Assembly (NCBI GenBank): GCA_013416795.1
Contig: RQSC01001332.1
Span: 1 to 64,000, forward strand
Length of the DNA: 64,000 bases
Source of the DNA: Prasinococcaceae sp. CCMP 1430
Lineage: Eukaryota; Plantae; Prasinodermophyta
Direction: 5' to 3'
Below the pieces are notes generated by a model. That model was not told the origin of the DNA and searched no databases. It was given only the letters and a program-made list of their open reading frames with translations. The translations under genes and the position numbers were made by a program. Positions within the stretch are counted from its first letter, which is position 1. Every line of letters begins with the position of its first letter. Below, piece by piece: positions 44,953 through 56,600 of this stretch.

Positions 44953-45539
44953 CTCCGACGGTGGACGGGGACGGAATTTAAAACGCGCACGTCAGTCGTG
45001 GCGCCCGCGGTCGCTCGGTGGACTGTGCGAGCGACCAATGAAGGCGATGAGAAGGCGCGGCGAGGGCGGGCGCGCGGGCGCGATGAGCAAGGCGGGGCTG
45101 GTTTTAGGGCGGAGAGGGAAGGCACTCGGGCAGCGGGCCCGTGCGCGCCGCGCGCGTGGAGTGGCGCCCTGCCTGCCAGCACACATCGAACACAAAAAAA
45201 CCAAACCAAAACAAGCGCGCGCGGCCAACCCGTGGGGGGTGTCGCCCAAATCACCCGGGAAAACCATCCGGAATCCGCGCGAGCCTCGCAAGATCGTGCC
45301 ACAGCCGCGCCCTGCGCATCCCCCGGAACAAACGGGAGATTTCGTCGGGTACGCGCTCCAAACGACCGACCACCAACCAAATGAATCTTTCCCGTTTTTT
45401 TTTTTTTTTCCAACCGCGGCGGCCATTTCTTGCTGACATTCTGAATGCGCCAATGTATGTATATTGATGGCGAGGATGTGACACGTCAGCACGCACACCA
45501 GCGAGGCGGAGGCGGAGGCGGGGGAGGAGGCGAGGGCGG

Positions 45540-45777
45540 AGGCCGCGCTGCGCCTTGAGCGACTCCGCCTCGAGCATGCACAGCGCGCACACGGGCATCA
45601 CGCGCGTCGCGTGCCGCGTGCGCTGCGCGCCGGAGTCGAGCGCGTCGGCCACGCACGCCGCAGCCAGGCGCGCAGCGGAGAGCTGGCGCGCAACCGCGTC
45701 GCCCCCCGCGGGCTTCTTTGTGTGTGTGTGTGTGTCAAGTGTTTGTGTGTGTGTGTGTGTGTGTGTGCGTGTGCGAG

Positions 45778-45811
<34 letters not shown>

Positions 45812-46600
45812 CCGTGTGCGTGTGTGCGTGTGTGTGTGTGCGTGTGCGTGTGTGAGTGTGTGCGCGCACGCGTCAGTGTACATTCGCTCAGGCACGCGCA
45901 CACGCCCATGTACACGCGCGCACACGCAGTCAAGCCCGCGAGGGCGATGACGCGTGCGCGCGCGCACACACACTAACACACACACACACATAGACACACA
46001 CACACACACACACAGACACGCACACACACACACACACACACGCACACACGCACCTCGCCCTGCTCCCCCCCGAGGCCGAGCCTGAGCAGCACGATGCCGC
46101 GGCCGAGCACGCGCGCGGGCGCCAGCGAGAAGGCGCCCTCCGCCGCGCCCGCGCGCGCCGCCAGCAGCGGGCTGAGGAGCCTGACGATCTCCTTGGTGGC
46201 GGAGATCTCGCGGCCCATCGCGCAGAAGACCAAGAAGCCCGCGAAGCCCGACAGGTCGTTCACGGCGGAGTAGTCGTACCTGCGCGGGCGAGCTCGTGCG
46301 CGTGAGCGTGTGCGTGTGTACGCGTGCACGCGCAAGTTTGTACACGTGCGCGCAAACACGTACGCACACACACACACACACACACACAAAAACATACACA
46401 CACCACCACACACACATACACACACACACACACACACACAGGCACACGCTCACGACGGCGCGTACGCCCACGCACCTGGTCCGGTTGCCCTCCTTGGCGC
46501 CCTCGTCGACCTTGAAGACCTTGCCGGTGTTGTAGTCGAACTCGAGGCCGCCGCCCTCGCCGCCGCCGCCCTCGCCGCCGTCGCGCGCGCGCTTCGACAT
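45540..46600 (-). CDS. THUMP-domain tRNA-modification-type protein, N-terminal part; introns 46475-46280 and 46053-45716; 3' part not found
   Basis: GFLVFCAMGREISATKEIVRLL and TRHATRVMPVCALC resemble THUMPD1/Tan1-family motifs. Splice phases are consistent. Confidence 0.65.
45716..46475. repeat. (TG)n/(CA)n microsatellite tracts filling the THUMP gene introns
   Basis: Directly visible. Similar tracts occur at 593-612, 33200-33300, 37745-37767 and 46710-46760. Confidence 0.95.
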
Positions 46601-46710
46601 GGCCCCGAGCTTGGCGTCGCCGCCACGACCGCCGCGCGCGCGCGCGCGGCCTCGTGTGGCGCCCGGAGAGGGCTCGCGCCGCCTCCCGCCCTCTCGCACG
46701 CGTGTGTGCG

Positions 46711-46741
<31 letters not shown>

Positions 46742-46911
46742 GCGCAGCCGCACACACACCACGTAAGCACACACGCTTTTAAACCTCAACATGCCACAAT
46801 ATTTAGGGTTACATGTACTTTCACGTTGGTGTACTTACGTGTCATCATATTATCAAATGTACCATCAAACAGGTACTACGGATCTAGGGTTTACAAAAAT
46901 ACTGTACATGA

Positions 46912-46988
46912 AGTCTCCCGTGGGTACATAATCTTAGTATTTGAATCAACAGTTCACCTAAATACTTTACAGTCTCCCGTGGGTACAT
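46912..46988 (+). repeat. 18-bp direct repeat AGTCTCCCGTGGGTACAT x2 flanking a small inverted repeat
   Basis: Copies at 46912-46929 and 46971-46988; AGTATTT (46936) / AAATACT (46960) between them. Confidence 0.85.
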
Positions 46989-47221
46989 GACCGGATTACT
47001 TGCATAAACCAAACCGCCCTGCAACGGTTTCGAGCGATGCGCCGGCTTTTCCTTCCCCAGTGCGTTCATTTTGATATGTTATTTCAGTTAAGGCATATCA
47101 ATTTGAATGAGGGATGTTGCGCGGTAGGTGCCGGCGGGGCGCCACACACCGCGCGCGTGGCGCTCCCCCCTCCCCCCTCCTCACACCTCCGCCGCCCCTC
47201 TCCCCCACCCCAACCCGCGCC

Positions 47222-50200
47222 ATGAGCGCGGGTGGGGCGCCGGCGGAGGCCTCGGACGGCGCGGCGTCGGCGTCGGGGGGCGGCGGCGGCGGCGCGGCCT
47301 CGGCGTCGGGCGGCGGCGCATGGAGGAGCTGGCTGCCGTACGGCGGCAGCGGCAAGCCCGCCGAGCTGAGGGTGGAGCTCGACTACGAGGTGGGCGCCGA
47401 GGGGGATGGCGGCGACGATCGCGCAACCGTGACGCTGCGCGAGAGCCTGTTCTCCGACGACGCGAGCGCGGCGCGGGCGCGCGACTCGCTCGTGGCGGCG
47501 CTCGACGCCGCGACGTCGGGGTCGCGGCGGCCGCGGCTNNNNNNNNNNNNNNNNNNNNNNNNNNNNNNNNNNNNNNNNNNNNNNNNNNNNNNNNNNNNNN
47601 NNNNNNNNNNNNNNNNNNNNNNNNNNNNNNNNNNNNNNNNNNNNNNNNNNNNNNNNNNNNNNNNNNNNNNNNNNNNNNNNNNNNNNNNNNNNNNNNNNNN
47701 NNNNNNNNNNNNNNNNNNNNNNNNNNNNNNNNNNNNNNNNNNNNNNNNNNNNNNNNNNNNNNNNNNNNNNNNNNNNNNNNNNNNNNNNNNNNNNNNNNNN
47801 NNNNNNNNNNNNNNNNNNNNNNNNNNNNNNNNNNNNNNNNNNNNNNNNNNNNNNNNNNNNNNNNNNNNNNNNNNNNNNNNNNNNNNNNNNNNNNNNNNNN
47901 NNNNNNNNNNNNNNNNNNNNNNNNNNNNNNNNNNNNNNNNNNNNNNNNNNNNNNNNNNNNNNNNNNNNNNNNNNNNNNNNNNNNNNNNNNNNNNNNNNNN
48001 NNNNNNNNNNNNNNNNNNNNNNNNNNNNNNNNNNNNNNNNNNNNNNNNNNNNNNNNNNNNNNNNNNNNNNNNNNNNNNNNNNNNNNNNNNNNNNNNNNNN
48101 NNNNNNNNNNNNNNNNNNNNNNNNNNNNNNNNNNNNNNNNNNNNNNNNNNNNNNNNNNNNNNNNNNNNNNNNNNNNNNNNNNNNNNNNNNGCGGCGCTGG
48201 CGCGCGCCCCCGGTGCCGTGCAGCAGCTGCTCGCCGCGGCGCTCAGCGGCAGCGCGCACGCCATCGAGGAGGGCTGCGGGGCGCTCGGCGCGCTCGCCGA
48301 GAGGGGCGGCGCGCCGCTGGCGTGGTTCGGGGGCGGTGCGGACGAGGAAAAGGGTGGTGGTGGTGGCGATGGTGCTGGAGGAGGAGGCACCGCCGGTGGC
48401 GGCGCTGGTGGCGGCACCGTCGCGGCAGCGAGCCTCCTGCCGATGCTCGCGCCCGGCGTATGCGACGCCAGCCTGGTGAGCGCGCTGCGGATGCTCGCAG
48501 CGGTGTGCCTCGCGTCGCGCAGCGCGGCCGAGGCGCTTATGGTGGGAAACGAGGTTGTCGGCGAGGGCCTCATTGATGAGTTCGGAGAGGGCTTCGAGGG
48601 CGATGAGGTGCACCGCCGAGTGGAACGTGGCGCCGTCGGGAACGCTGGGGAAGGCGACGGAAGCAGCGGTGACAGAAGTGGCGGCGGGACGCTGCGTGCC
48701 GATCCGCCGGCGTCGCCCTGCGCCGAGCTCTACTTGCGCGTGCTCGCGCTCTGCCGCGCCGGGGACGATTTGGGCACCGCAGGTCTTAGGAAAGAGCGCG
48801 CGCCGGCGGTGCGGAGGCACGCGCTCCTATGCCTGGGCAACGCCGCGCTGGCGCCGCGCGTGCGGGCGCGCGTGCTGGGGGACGCGCGCGCGATGGGTGC
48901 GCTCGCCGACGCCGCGGCCGTTGGCGGTGCCACCGAGCGCGTGCGCGCGCGAGGAGCAGCGCCACGCGTGCCGCTGCTGCCGCGGCCGCCGCAGCCGCGG
49001 CTGCCGCGGCAGACGGCGCGGCGCGTGACCCTTCTGGAGGCGGCGGAGGCAGCCTGCCTTCGACGCCCACGGCGTCCACCCCAACGCTCACCAAGGCCCA
49101 CAAAGCGCTCAGCGGGCTGCTGCGGGGATTTTTCTCCGCGTCGACTCCCGACGTGCGTGACCCTGAGGGCGATGGTGACGATGGCATTGCAGAGGAGAGC
49201 ACGCCATCGCCGTCAGCTGCGGTATTCGCGGTGTCCGAAGAGGCCGAAGCCGCCGATGCGGTGGGCGCGACGGACGGGGGTGAGGACGTGAGCATCGTTA
49301 CAGGCATGGACACGCAGCAGGCGCAGCCACCACAACCAAGCGATACGGGAGGTGCCGATAGCCCCCGCAGAGCAAACGATACCACGCCGCCCCACGACGA
49401 CGCGCGGACGCCACAGCAAACACCCGAAAATGTACTCAGCAGCCACCTTGGCACTAGTGCCGACGGTGAGGAAAGCAACGAGGAGGGTGATTCTAGTGGC
49501 GACGCCCTCGTCTCGCCGCCGACGACTCAACCCAGCCAGCTGGCGGACCCGCTGTCGCCCGCCGCGGCGAGCCCTGCGAGCCCCTCGCCCGCCGCTCTCG
49601 GCCGTCTGGTGCACTCGCCGCCGCGCACGATCCGGAGCAGTGCGACCACAGGCGCGAGCCCGAGCCCGCTGCGCAGCGCCAGCCTCGAGGCGCGCTCGCC
49701 CGCGCGGGTGGTGGTCGGTGGCGCGGGCGGCAGCGTGCGGGGCGGCACGCCTGCCGTCTCCACACCCGCGCCGCCCTCGCCGGCGGCCATTCTGGAGGCC
49801 GAGGCCGGCGAGGGCGCGGAGCTGGCCAGGGAGGCCGTGCGCCTGGCGTCCGTTCGCGCGCTAGCGATCCTCGGCTGCAACGAGCGCGTCGCTCGCTGCG
49901 TGGGGCAGCGCTCGCGCGCCGAGATGACTCGCACCGGCGTGCGCGTGCTCAGCCTCGACGGGGGCGGGATGAAGGGCCTCGCGACGATCGCGCAGCTCAA
50001 GGCGATCGAGGCTGCGGCGGGCAAGCCCATCCAGGAGCTCTTCGACCTCATCGTGGGCACGAGCATCGGCGGGCTCCTCGCGGTCGCGCTGGTCCTCAAG
50101 CGCATGACGCTCGACCAAGTCGAGACCGAGGTCTTCATGCGCATGTCCAAGCAGGTCTTCAACGACGCCAACGACGGCGCCGACGCCGCGAGCGGCGACG

Positions 50201-51705
50201 GGGCGGCCGACGGGGGCACGGGGGGAAGCACGCAGGAGACGTGGCTCGCTGGCCTGGGCACGCTGGGCTCGGGGCTCGTCAAGCGCGGCACCAGCCAGGT
50301 GGCGATGCTGCTCAGGGGCGTCAAATACAAGAGCAATCTCCTCGAGGCCTTCCTGAAGGAGTACGACTTCAAGGCGACCATACCCGACGACGAGCTCGGC
50401 TTTCCGCAGCACCTGCTCGCGACGATCGACGGCGAGAGCGTCGAGCACTCGAGCTACCACAGGATGATCGACACCAGCGTGTGCGGCGGTCCCAAGGTGG
50501 CGACCGTCGCGACGCACACGCGCTACTCCCCCGCGCGCCCCTTCGTCTTTCGCAACTACAACCTGCCGCCGGGCACCGCCGAGGCGCTGGACTCGCCGGC
50601 CGACCCGCGCGGCGGCGGCGCGAACGGCACGGCCGGCGGGCGCGCCGACCAGCGCGCGTCGCGCGCGCGCGCGCGCGCCTTGCTCGGCAGCGCGAACTTC
50701 TCGACGTGGGAGGCCGTGCGCGCGAGCAGCGCCGGGCCCTACTACTTCTCCGAGTTCACCGTCGGCGCCGACCGGTGGCACGACGGCGCGTGCATCGCCA
50801 ACAACCCCGCGCTGCTCGCGTGCCGCGAGGCGCAGTGCCTGTGGCCCGGCGTGCCCGTCGGCGTGCTGGTGTCGGTGGGCACGGGGCGCGAGCCCACCAA
50901 GCCGCGCGAGCGCGCGGGCAACTGGATCGTCGACGGCGGGACGACGCTCGTCGAGATCGCCGCGGGCACGCACGAGCAGGACGACGTGCTGCGGGCGCTC
51001 CTGCACGGCGTCAACGGCGTTGGTGAGGAGCGGGGTGGGCGCGCGGGATCGGGGGCGGGAAGCGCGCCGGCCTACTTCCGCTTCCAGCCGACGGCCGACG
51101 TGTACGGCTGCGAGATCGACGACACCGACGACGCCAAGCTCGCGCGCGTCGCCCGCGCGGCCGAGGAGTACGTGGCGGCGCACGCGGACGCCGTGAAGGA
51201 GCTCGTGCGGTTGCTTAGCGACGACGGCGGAAATGTCGGTGAGGTGGGTGGCGGGAGGGCGGGAGAGGGTGATGGTGGTGATTTGGATGATGGTGGGGAA
51301 GGCGAGGGCGGTGGTGACGTCCTTGATGCTCGCAGTGGCGAGGGTGATGACGAGGTGGATGCCCATGTCAGCGACGGTGCTATCAATGAAGTCGGGAGCG
51401 GTGAAGAGGCCATAACGCGCGGGGTGCAGGGCGCGGACGTAGCCGCAGCGCATCGCCCTCACAGCGGAAAGACTGCGGACCGCACGGCAGCTGTGCACGA
51501 CGCACGCGTGCGCTCTGCCGAATCTCTTGGCGGCGTAGTAGGAGGCTGGGCAAACGAGCGCGTAGAATGTGGTGCGCCTGAAGGGAGCGCCGCTAACGCT
51601 GGTGGCGACATGGACGCCCGCATGAACAAGCTCGAGCGCAAGCTCGACATGGTGCTCAACGCGCTCGTGGGCCGGCCCGACAGCGGCGGTGCGGGTCAGG
51701 GGTGA
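47222..51705 (+). CDS. Patatin-like phospholipase of the plant PLA-I/iPLA2 type (ARM region plus patatin domain); gap at 47539-48190; frameshift near 48941-48952
   Basis: LRVELDYEVG N-terminal motif; RRHALLCLGNAAL; RALAILGCNE; LSLDGGGMKG; GTSIGG (catalytic Ser); DGACIANNP (catalytic Asp); YFRFQP. TGTAA at 51810-51814. Confidence 0.9.
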
Positions 51706-51851
51706 GGACCGTCGGGTGGTGGCATTTGGTAGCACGGTTGCTGGCGGCGCTGGTGTTGGTGGCGTGGACGGTAGCGCTGCTGGCGGCGGTGCGCGTAGCG
51801 ATGAAATGGTGTAATGCAGTGGTGATTGTGGCTCGGACGTTGAGCAGAGGC

Positions 51852-52560
51852 TTACAACAAAAGCTCCTTGATGGAGCCGAGGGCCTCGCGGAGGGCTGTT
51901 TTGCCCTCGGCGCTGATGCCGTTGCTCCGGAGGTTGAGCGACTTCAGCGCCGTGTTGGAGCCAAGGCCCTCGCCGATCGCCGCGGCGCCCTCGGCGCCGA
52001 TGTTATTCTCGCTGAGGTTGAGCGACTGCAGCGTCGTGTTGGAGCCGAGGCCGTTGCCGATCGCCGCGGCGCCCTCGGCGCCGATGTTATTCTCGCTGAG
52101 GTTGAGCGACTGCAGCGTCGTGTTGGAGCCGAGGCCGTTGCCGATCGCCGCGGCGCCCTTGTTGCAGATAGCGTTGCCGCCGAGATCGAGTGACTGCAGC
52201 GTCACGTTGGAGCGTAGAGCCTCGCCGATCTTCGTGGCACCCTCAGCGCCGATGGAATTGCCACCGAGGTAGAGTGACTGCAGCGTCGTGTTTGAGCGCA
52301 GGGCGTCGCCGATCTTCTCGGCACCAGCAGCGCCGATGGAGTTGACGTAGAGGTGTAACGACTTTAGCGCTTTGTCGGACTTCAGGCCGTTGGCAATCGC
52401 CTTGGCCCCCTTGTTGCCAATGTAGTTGCTCCCGAGGTTTAGGGACTGGAGTGTCGTGTTGGAGCCGAGGTCCTTGCCGATCGCCACGGCGCCCGCGGCC
52501 CTGATGTGGTTAGTGCTGAGGTTGAGTGACTGCAATGAAGGCTCGAAGGCGCCTTGGAGC
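51852..52560 (-). CDS. Ribonuclease-inhibitor/NLRC3-like LRR array (about 8 x 28 aa); no ATG found, so a last exon or relic
   Basis: Repeats of NTTLQSLNLSENNIGAEGAAAIGNGLGS are encoded as 84-bp DNA repeats, two of them virtually identical (about 52000-52160). An in-frame stop lies upstream at about 52610 with no ATG between. Confidence 0.75.
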
Positions 52561-52874
52561 AGCTGAATCTGAATGCTAGCAGGCAGGCAGAAAGGTCGTC
52601 GATGGAGGGGTCAGGAATCGATGCGAAGGAGGTCGAGGCCTTGAAAGAGGCGGTGATCGCTGCCATCGGCGAGGCGACGAGGGAGCTCTCCGATAAGGCG
52701 ACCAGGAGGAGCATGCGGGTTAAGAATCAGCGTGTCACAAGCAAGGGCAACAGCACCGCCGTTGGCAATAACTTTGGCAACCTGGAGGTGAACCACGGCA
52801 AAGTCAAGAAGAAGAAGAAAGAAAAGAAGGAGAACAAGAAGAAGGGCGCACGCAATGAGGGGTGGAGAGGTTGA
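52554..52874 (+). CDS. Short ORF with a Lys-rich tail; function unknown
   Basis: EVEALKEAVIAAIGEATREL...VKKKKKEKKENKKK. Lies between two duplicated blocks. Confidence 0.3.
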   Translation: MEQLNLNASRQAERSSMEGSGIDAKEVEALKEAVIAAIGEATRELSDKATRRSMRVKNQRVTSKGNSTAVGNNFGNLEVNHGKVKKKKKEKKENKKKGARNEGWRG

Positions 52875-53024
52875 CTGAACTTCGTAGAAAGAGATCTAAA
52901 CAGAGCGAAGAATATCACTAGAAGGGCACAGAATAAATGAACATCATCGCTCGAGGCTTGCCCGCGCGCGCTCGCGCAGGTCGCCGAATGAAGAATGCCG
53001 CGCGCGCGCGCCCAACCACCACCC

Positions 53025-53435
53025 CACAGCGGAGGGCCTGCGGAGAGCACGGCTGCTGTGCACGACGCACGCCTGCGCTCTGCCGATTCTCTTGACGGCG
53101 TAGCAGGCAGGAGGCTGGCAAAACGAGCGCGTAGAACTCGTCGTGCCTGAAAGGAGCGCCGGTACCGCTGGCGGAGACATGCAAGCCCGCATGAACAAGC
53201 TCGAACGCAAGCTCGACATGGTGCTCGCCGCCCTCGTTAGCCGGCCGGGTAGCGGCGGTGCGGGCCAGGAAGGTAACAGTCAAGCGGGGGCGTCTAGTGG
53301 CGCTGTCGCTGACGGCGCTGGCTTCGGTGCCGTGGACGGTAGCGCTGCTGGCGGCGGTGCGCGTAGCGAGGAGGCTGTGTACGGCAGCGCTGACTGTGGC
53401 TTAGGCGTTCAGTTGAGGCTTACAACAAAAGCTTC
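53025..53435 (+). repeat. Diverged direct duplicate of 51460-51866 (patatin C-terminal tail, intergenic spacer and LRR stop region)
   Basis: Shared blocks CACAGCGGA..., CGCATGAACAAGCTCGA.CGCAAGCTCGACATGGTGCTC, GTGGACGGTAGCGCTGCTGGCGGCGGTGCGCGTAGCGA and GAGGCTTACAACAAAAGCT. Offset about 1565 bp. Confidence 0.9.
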
Positions 53436-53655
53436 GCGTTGGTACCGAGGCCCTTAGGTTGAGCGACTGCAGCGCCGTGTTAGAGCCGAGCCCCTTGCAG
53501 ATTGTCGCGATACCCTTGATGCTTATGCGGTTTTTGCTCATGTTGAGCGACTGCATTGTCGAGTTGATGCCGAGAACCGTGCCGGTTGTTGCGGCGCCAA
53601 CGGCGCCGATCTTTTTTCGCTTAGGTCGAGCGACTGCAGTGTCGTGTTGGATCCG
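53423..53655 (-). pseudogene. Degenerate second copy of the LRR array
   Basis: GTTGAGCGACTGCAGCGCCGTGTT-type LRR cores recur, but with deletions and frameshifts before the copied stop codon. Confidence 0.75.
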
Positions 53656-53842
53656 CGCGAAAGCTACGGACGGTCTCGCGTCCGTGGATGGGTTTCCCCC
53701 CCCCCCCGTCGAGCAAAAGGTGAGACTATCTCTCTCTCTCTGTCTCTCGTGCTCTCAGGCAGCACGCGCGCGCGCGCGCGCTCACGCCCCGACGCCGCGC
53801 TGTACGGCAGCCAAGCCGGAGGAGCCTTCTCAATCGGTACTT

Positions 53843-56600
53843 TTACGACGTGGTAAAAAAGCCCGCCATGCACAGCACGCCGTCCATGAGCTCACCCACG
53901 CGCCCCCACGCGCTCGCCGTCGCTCCGTGCAGCTCGCCGCACGCCTCGCGCAGGTCGGCGCGGCTCCCCAACACCTCGGCGTGCGTGGCCAGTAGGCGCG
54001 CGAGCAGCGCCTGCACAAGCTCGAAGTTGCCGCCGCGCTCCGTCTCGCGGCGCAGCATCGCCAGCACGGTGCCGAGCGCCTCGCGCGTGGCGACGTCGTC
54101 GCCCACCACCTCCAGCTCGGCGATGGCCGCGTCGAGCTCCCCCGGCGAGAGCGCCCGCAGCTCCTCCAGCGCCTCGCCGCCGTCCGCCTCGTGTGCGCGC
54201 GCGAGCGCCGCCAGCCGCAGCGCGCCCGCGCCCTCGACGCCCGGCGCGACCCTCCGCACGCGCTTGTTGGCCGGCGCCGGGTCAGTATCGTCCTCGTCCT
54301 CCATATCGCCGTCGCCGTTCTGGTCCGCCCCCCCCACACCAAAGAAGCTCACCGCCGCGTCCACCGCTCCCGCCGCGTTGCCGCTGGTGGCCTTTTCCAG
54401 GTCGCCAAGCCCCGGCAGGAAAAAGGGCGCGCTCTCCGGCTTGGACACGGCCTCGGCGGGCTTGGAGCGCGCGCGGATCTCGTCGAGGCGCACGAGCCCC
54501 TGCCACTTCGCCTTGGCGAGCATGCCGAGCGTGACGGCGCCGCCCTCCAGCGGCTCGGGCCCGGCGCCTTCGTTGGCGTTCGCCCCCCCGAGCTCGGCCT
54601 CGGCGGCGTCGAGGATGGCGCGGCCGTCCAGGGCGTCCTCGTCGTCGGCGCCGTCCACCTCCACGCCGTCGCTGTCACTCCCAGGGTCGCCGGCCAGCCC
54701 GAGCGCCTCGTCGTCGGAGTCGAGCGCCACGCCGTCCGTGCGCGCCCACCCGGACTCGCCCGCGGCGTCGTCGCCCCCCTCCTCGCCGTCGTCCTCGCCC
54801 GCGCCCACCTCGGGCATGGCCACGCGCCGCCGCATCCTCGCGCTCGCCCCCTCGCCGCCGCCGTACACCTCCGAGTTCGCCCACAGGTAGACGGCGCGCT
54901 GCTCCGAGTGGGCGGTGGCCATCGCCGCGCCGTTGGGCGAGAGCGCCACGGCGACGGCGGGGCTCGCCAGCCGCATGACGTCCCTGCACGACGAGGCCTG
55001 CACGTCCCACACGCGCACGGTGGCGTCCATGGCGGCGCTCACCACCAGCCGCGCGTCGGCGGAGAAGGCCAGCGCCGTGGGCCTGTCAACGTGGCCGCCG
55101 AAGCGCCGCACCACGCGCGGCGCGTGCGGGGCGGCGTCCACCACGCGCACGTCCAGGTCGGCGCACGCCACCGCCAGCAGCCGCGCCGACGCGTGCCACG
55201 CCGTGCACACGGGCGCCGCGGGCAGCGGCAGCAGCGCGCGCAGCCGTCGCGATCGGAAGGCCCACACCTTCACCTCCCCCCCCACGCCGGCGCCGCCGGC
55301 CTCGCCCGCGCACACCGCCACCGACGCCGCCACGCGGTTGGCGGCGCACGCGTGCACGCCGACCACCGCGCCGGCGTGCGCCGCGTTGTCCGTCCCCAGC
55401 CGCGCGTCGGCGTACGAGCCGCGGTGCGCGCCGCTCTGCACGTTGAAGCGCTCCACGCGCCCGCCCTCGGTGCCCAGCAGCGCGTAGTTGCCGCACGCGC
55501 TCATGCACACGCAGCTCACGGGCCGCAGCCTGAGTTTTTGGAGAAAGAAGGTGCGTGTGTGTCAGTGCAGCAGTCTTCGTCAGCATCACAGACGCACACC
55601 GACATGTTCCTCAGCGCGACATTCGCGCGCACTCGCGCGCATTCGCGCACCTCTTGCCCGGGGGCGTGAGCACGTGCTCGCCCACCGCCAGCTTGTCCAG
55701 CCGCCAGGTGTACGCCGACGTGGCCCCCTTGTGCGCGGTGACGCAGCTCGCCCAGTCGCGCTCGCGCGCGGCGCACGCGGCGAGCGCGCGCACGGGCGGC
55801 AGGCGCAGCTCGGCCTCGGAGACGCCCAGCTTGCGCGCGCGCGCCGTGACGCCGCCCTGCGACACCTCGCGCGACTGGTGGTCCTGGAAGGTGGAGAGCG
55901 CGCGCAGCGTGCGGTCGTCGCCAGCCGAGAGCAGCCAGCGCCCCTCGATGCCGTGGTACGCCAGGTGGCGCGGCGGCGCGGCGTGGCCGCAGCGCGAGCG
56001 CAGCAGGCGCGCCGCGGCGCCGTGCGCGGCGTCGGCCTGCGTGCTCCCGAAGGCCCACTCGCGCAGCGCGTTGTCGCTCCCCGCCGACAGCAGCATGCAC
56101 TCGGCGGCGGCGCCCGACGCGGCGCGCAGCGCGTGCAGCGCCGTCACGGCGCCGTCGTGCGCCTCCTTGATGACTCNGTCGTGCAGCGCCACGCGCCCGT
56201 CGGCGAGCCCCGCGGCCACCACGTCGAGCGCGGGCGCCGCCACGAGCGCGCGCACGCCCGCGCCGCCGAAGGCGTCGAAGGTGTACAGCTTTCGCCGCGT
56301 GGCGACGTTCCACAGCTGCATGGCGCCGTCGGCGCCGCCCACCAGCACCTTGTTCAGGTACGTGGGCGGGTGGCACAGCGCCGTCGGGACCATGCCGCCC
56401 AGGTCGATGACGAACTCCGGCTCGATTTCGGTCGGGGGCGACTTGCGCGGTGCGCCGGCGCCGTCGCCCGGCGCGGGCGCGCGCGGCACCGCCCACGCGA
56501 GCAGGCTTCCGTCCCTCGCCGCGCCGAGCAGCATGTCCGCATCCACTCCTCGACCTTCATCGAGGCGATGCCAGCGCCGGCTGCGAGGGCGCCTGCGGTG
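53843..56600 (-). CDS. UTP21: WD40 SSU-processome subunit UTP21/WDR36; intron 55650-55530; 5' part and an internal segment (n 56177) missing
   Basis: ALCHPPTYLNKVLVG, LWNVATRRKLYTF, APALDVVAAGLADG, LLSAGSDNALREWAF, RSRCGHAAPP, CGNYALLG, FGGHVDRPTALAFSADARLVVSAAMD, KPESAPFFLP, NFELVQA. Confidence 0.92.

Noticed and set aside
46912-46988. Repeat-spacer-repeat resembling a mini CRISPR array
   Set aside because: Only two 18-bp repeats, eukaryotic context, no cas genes.
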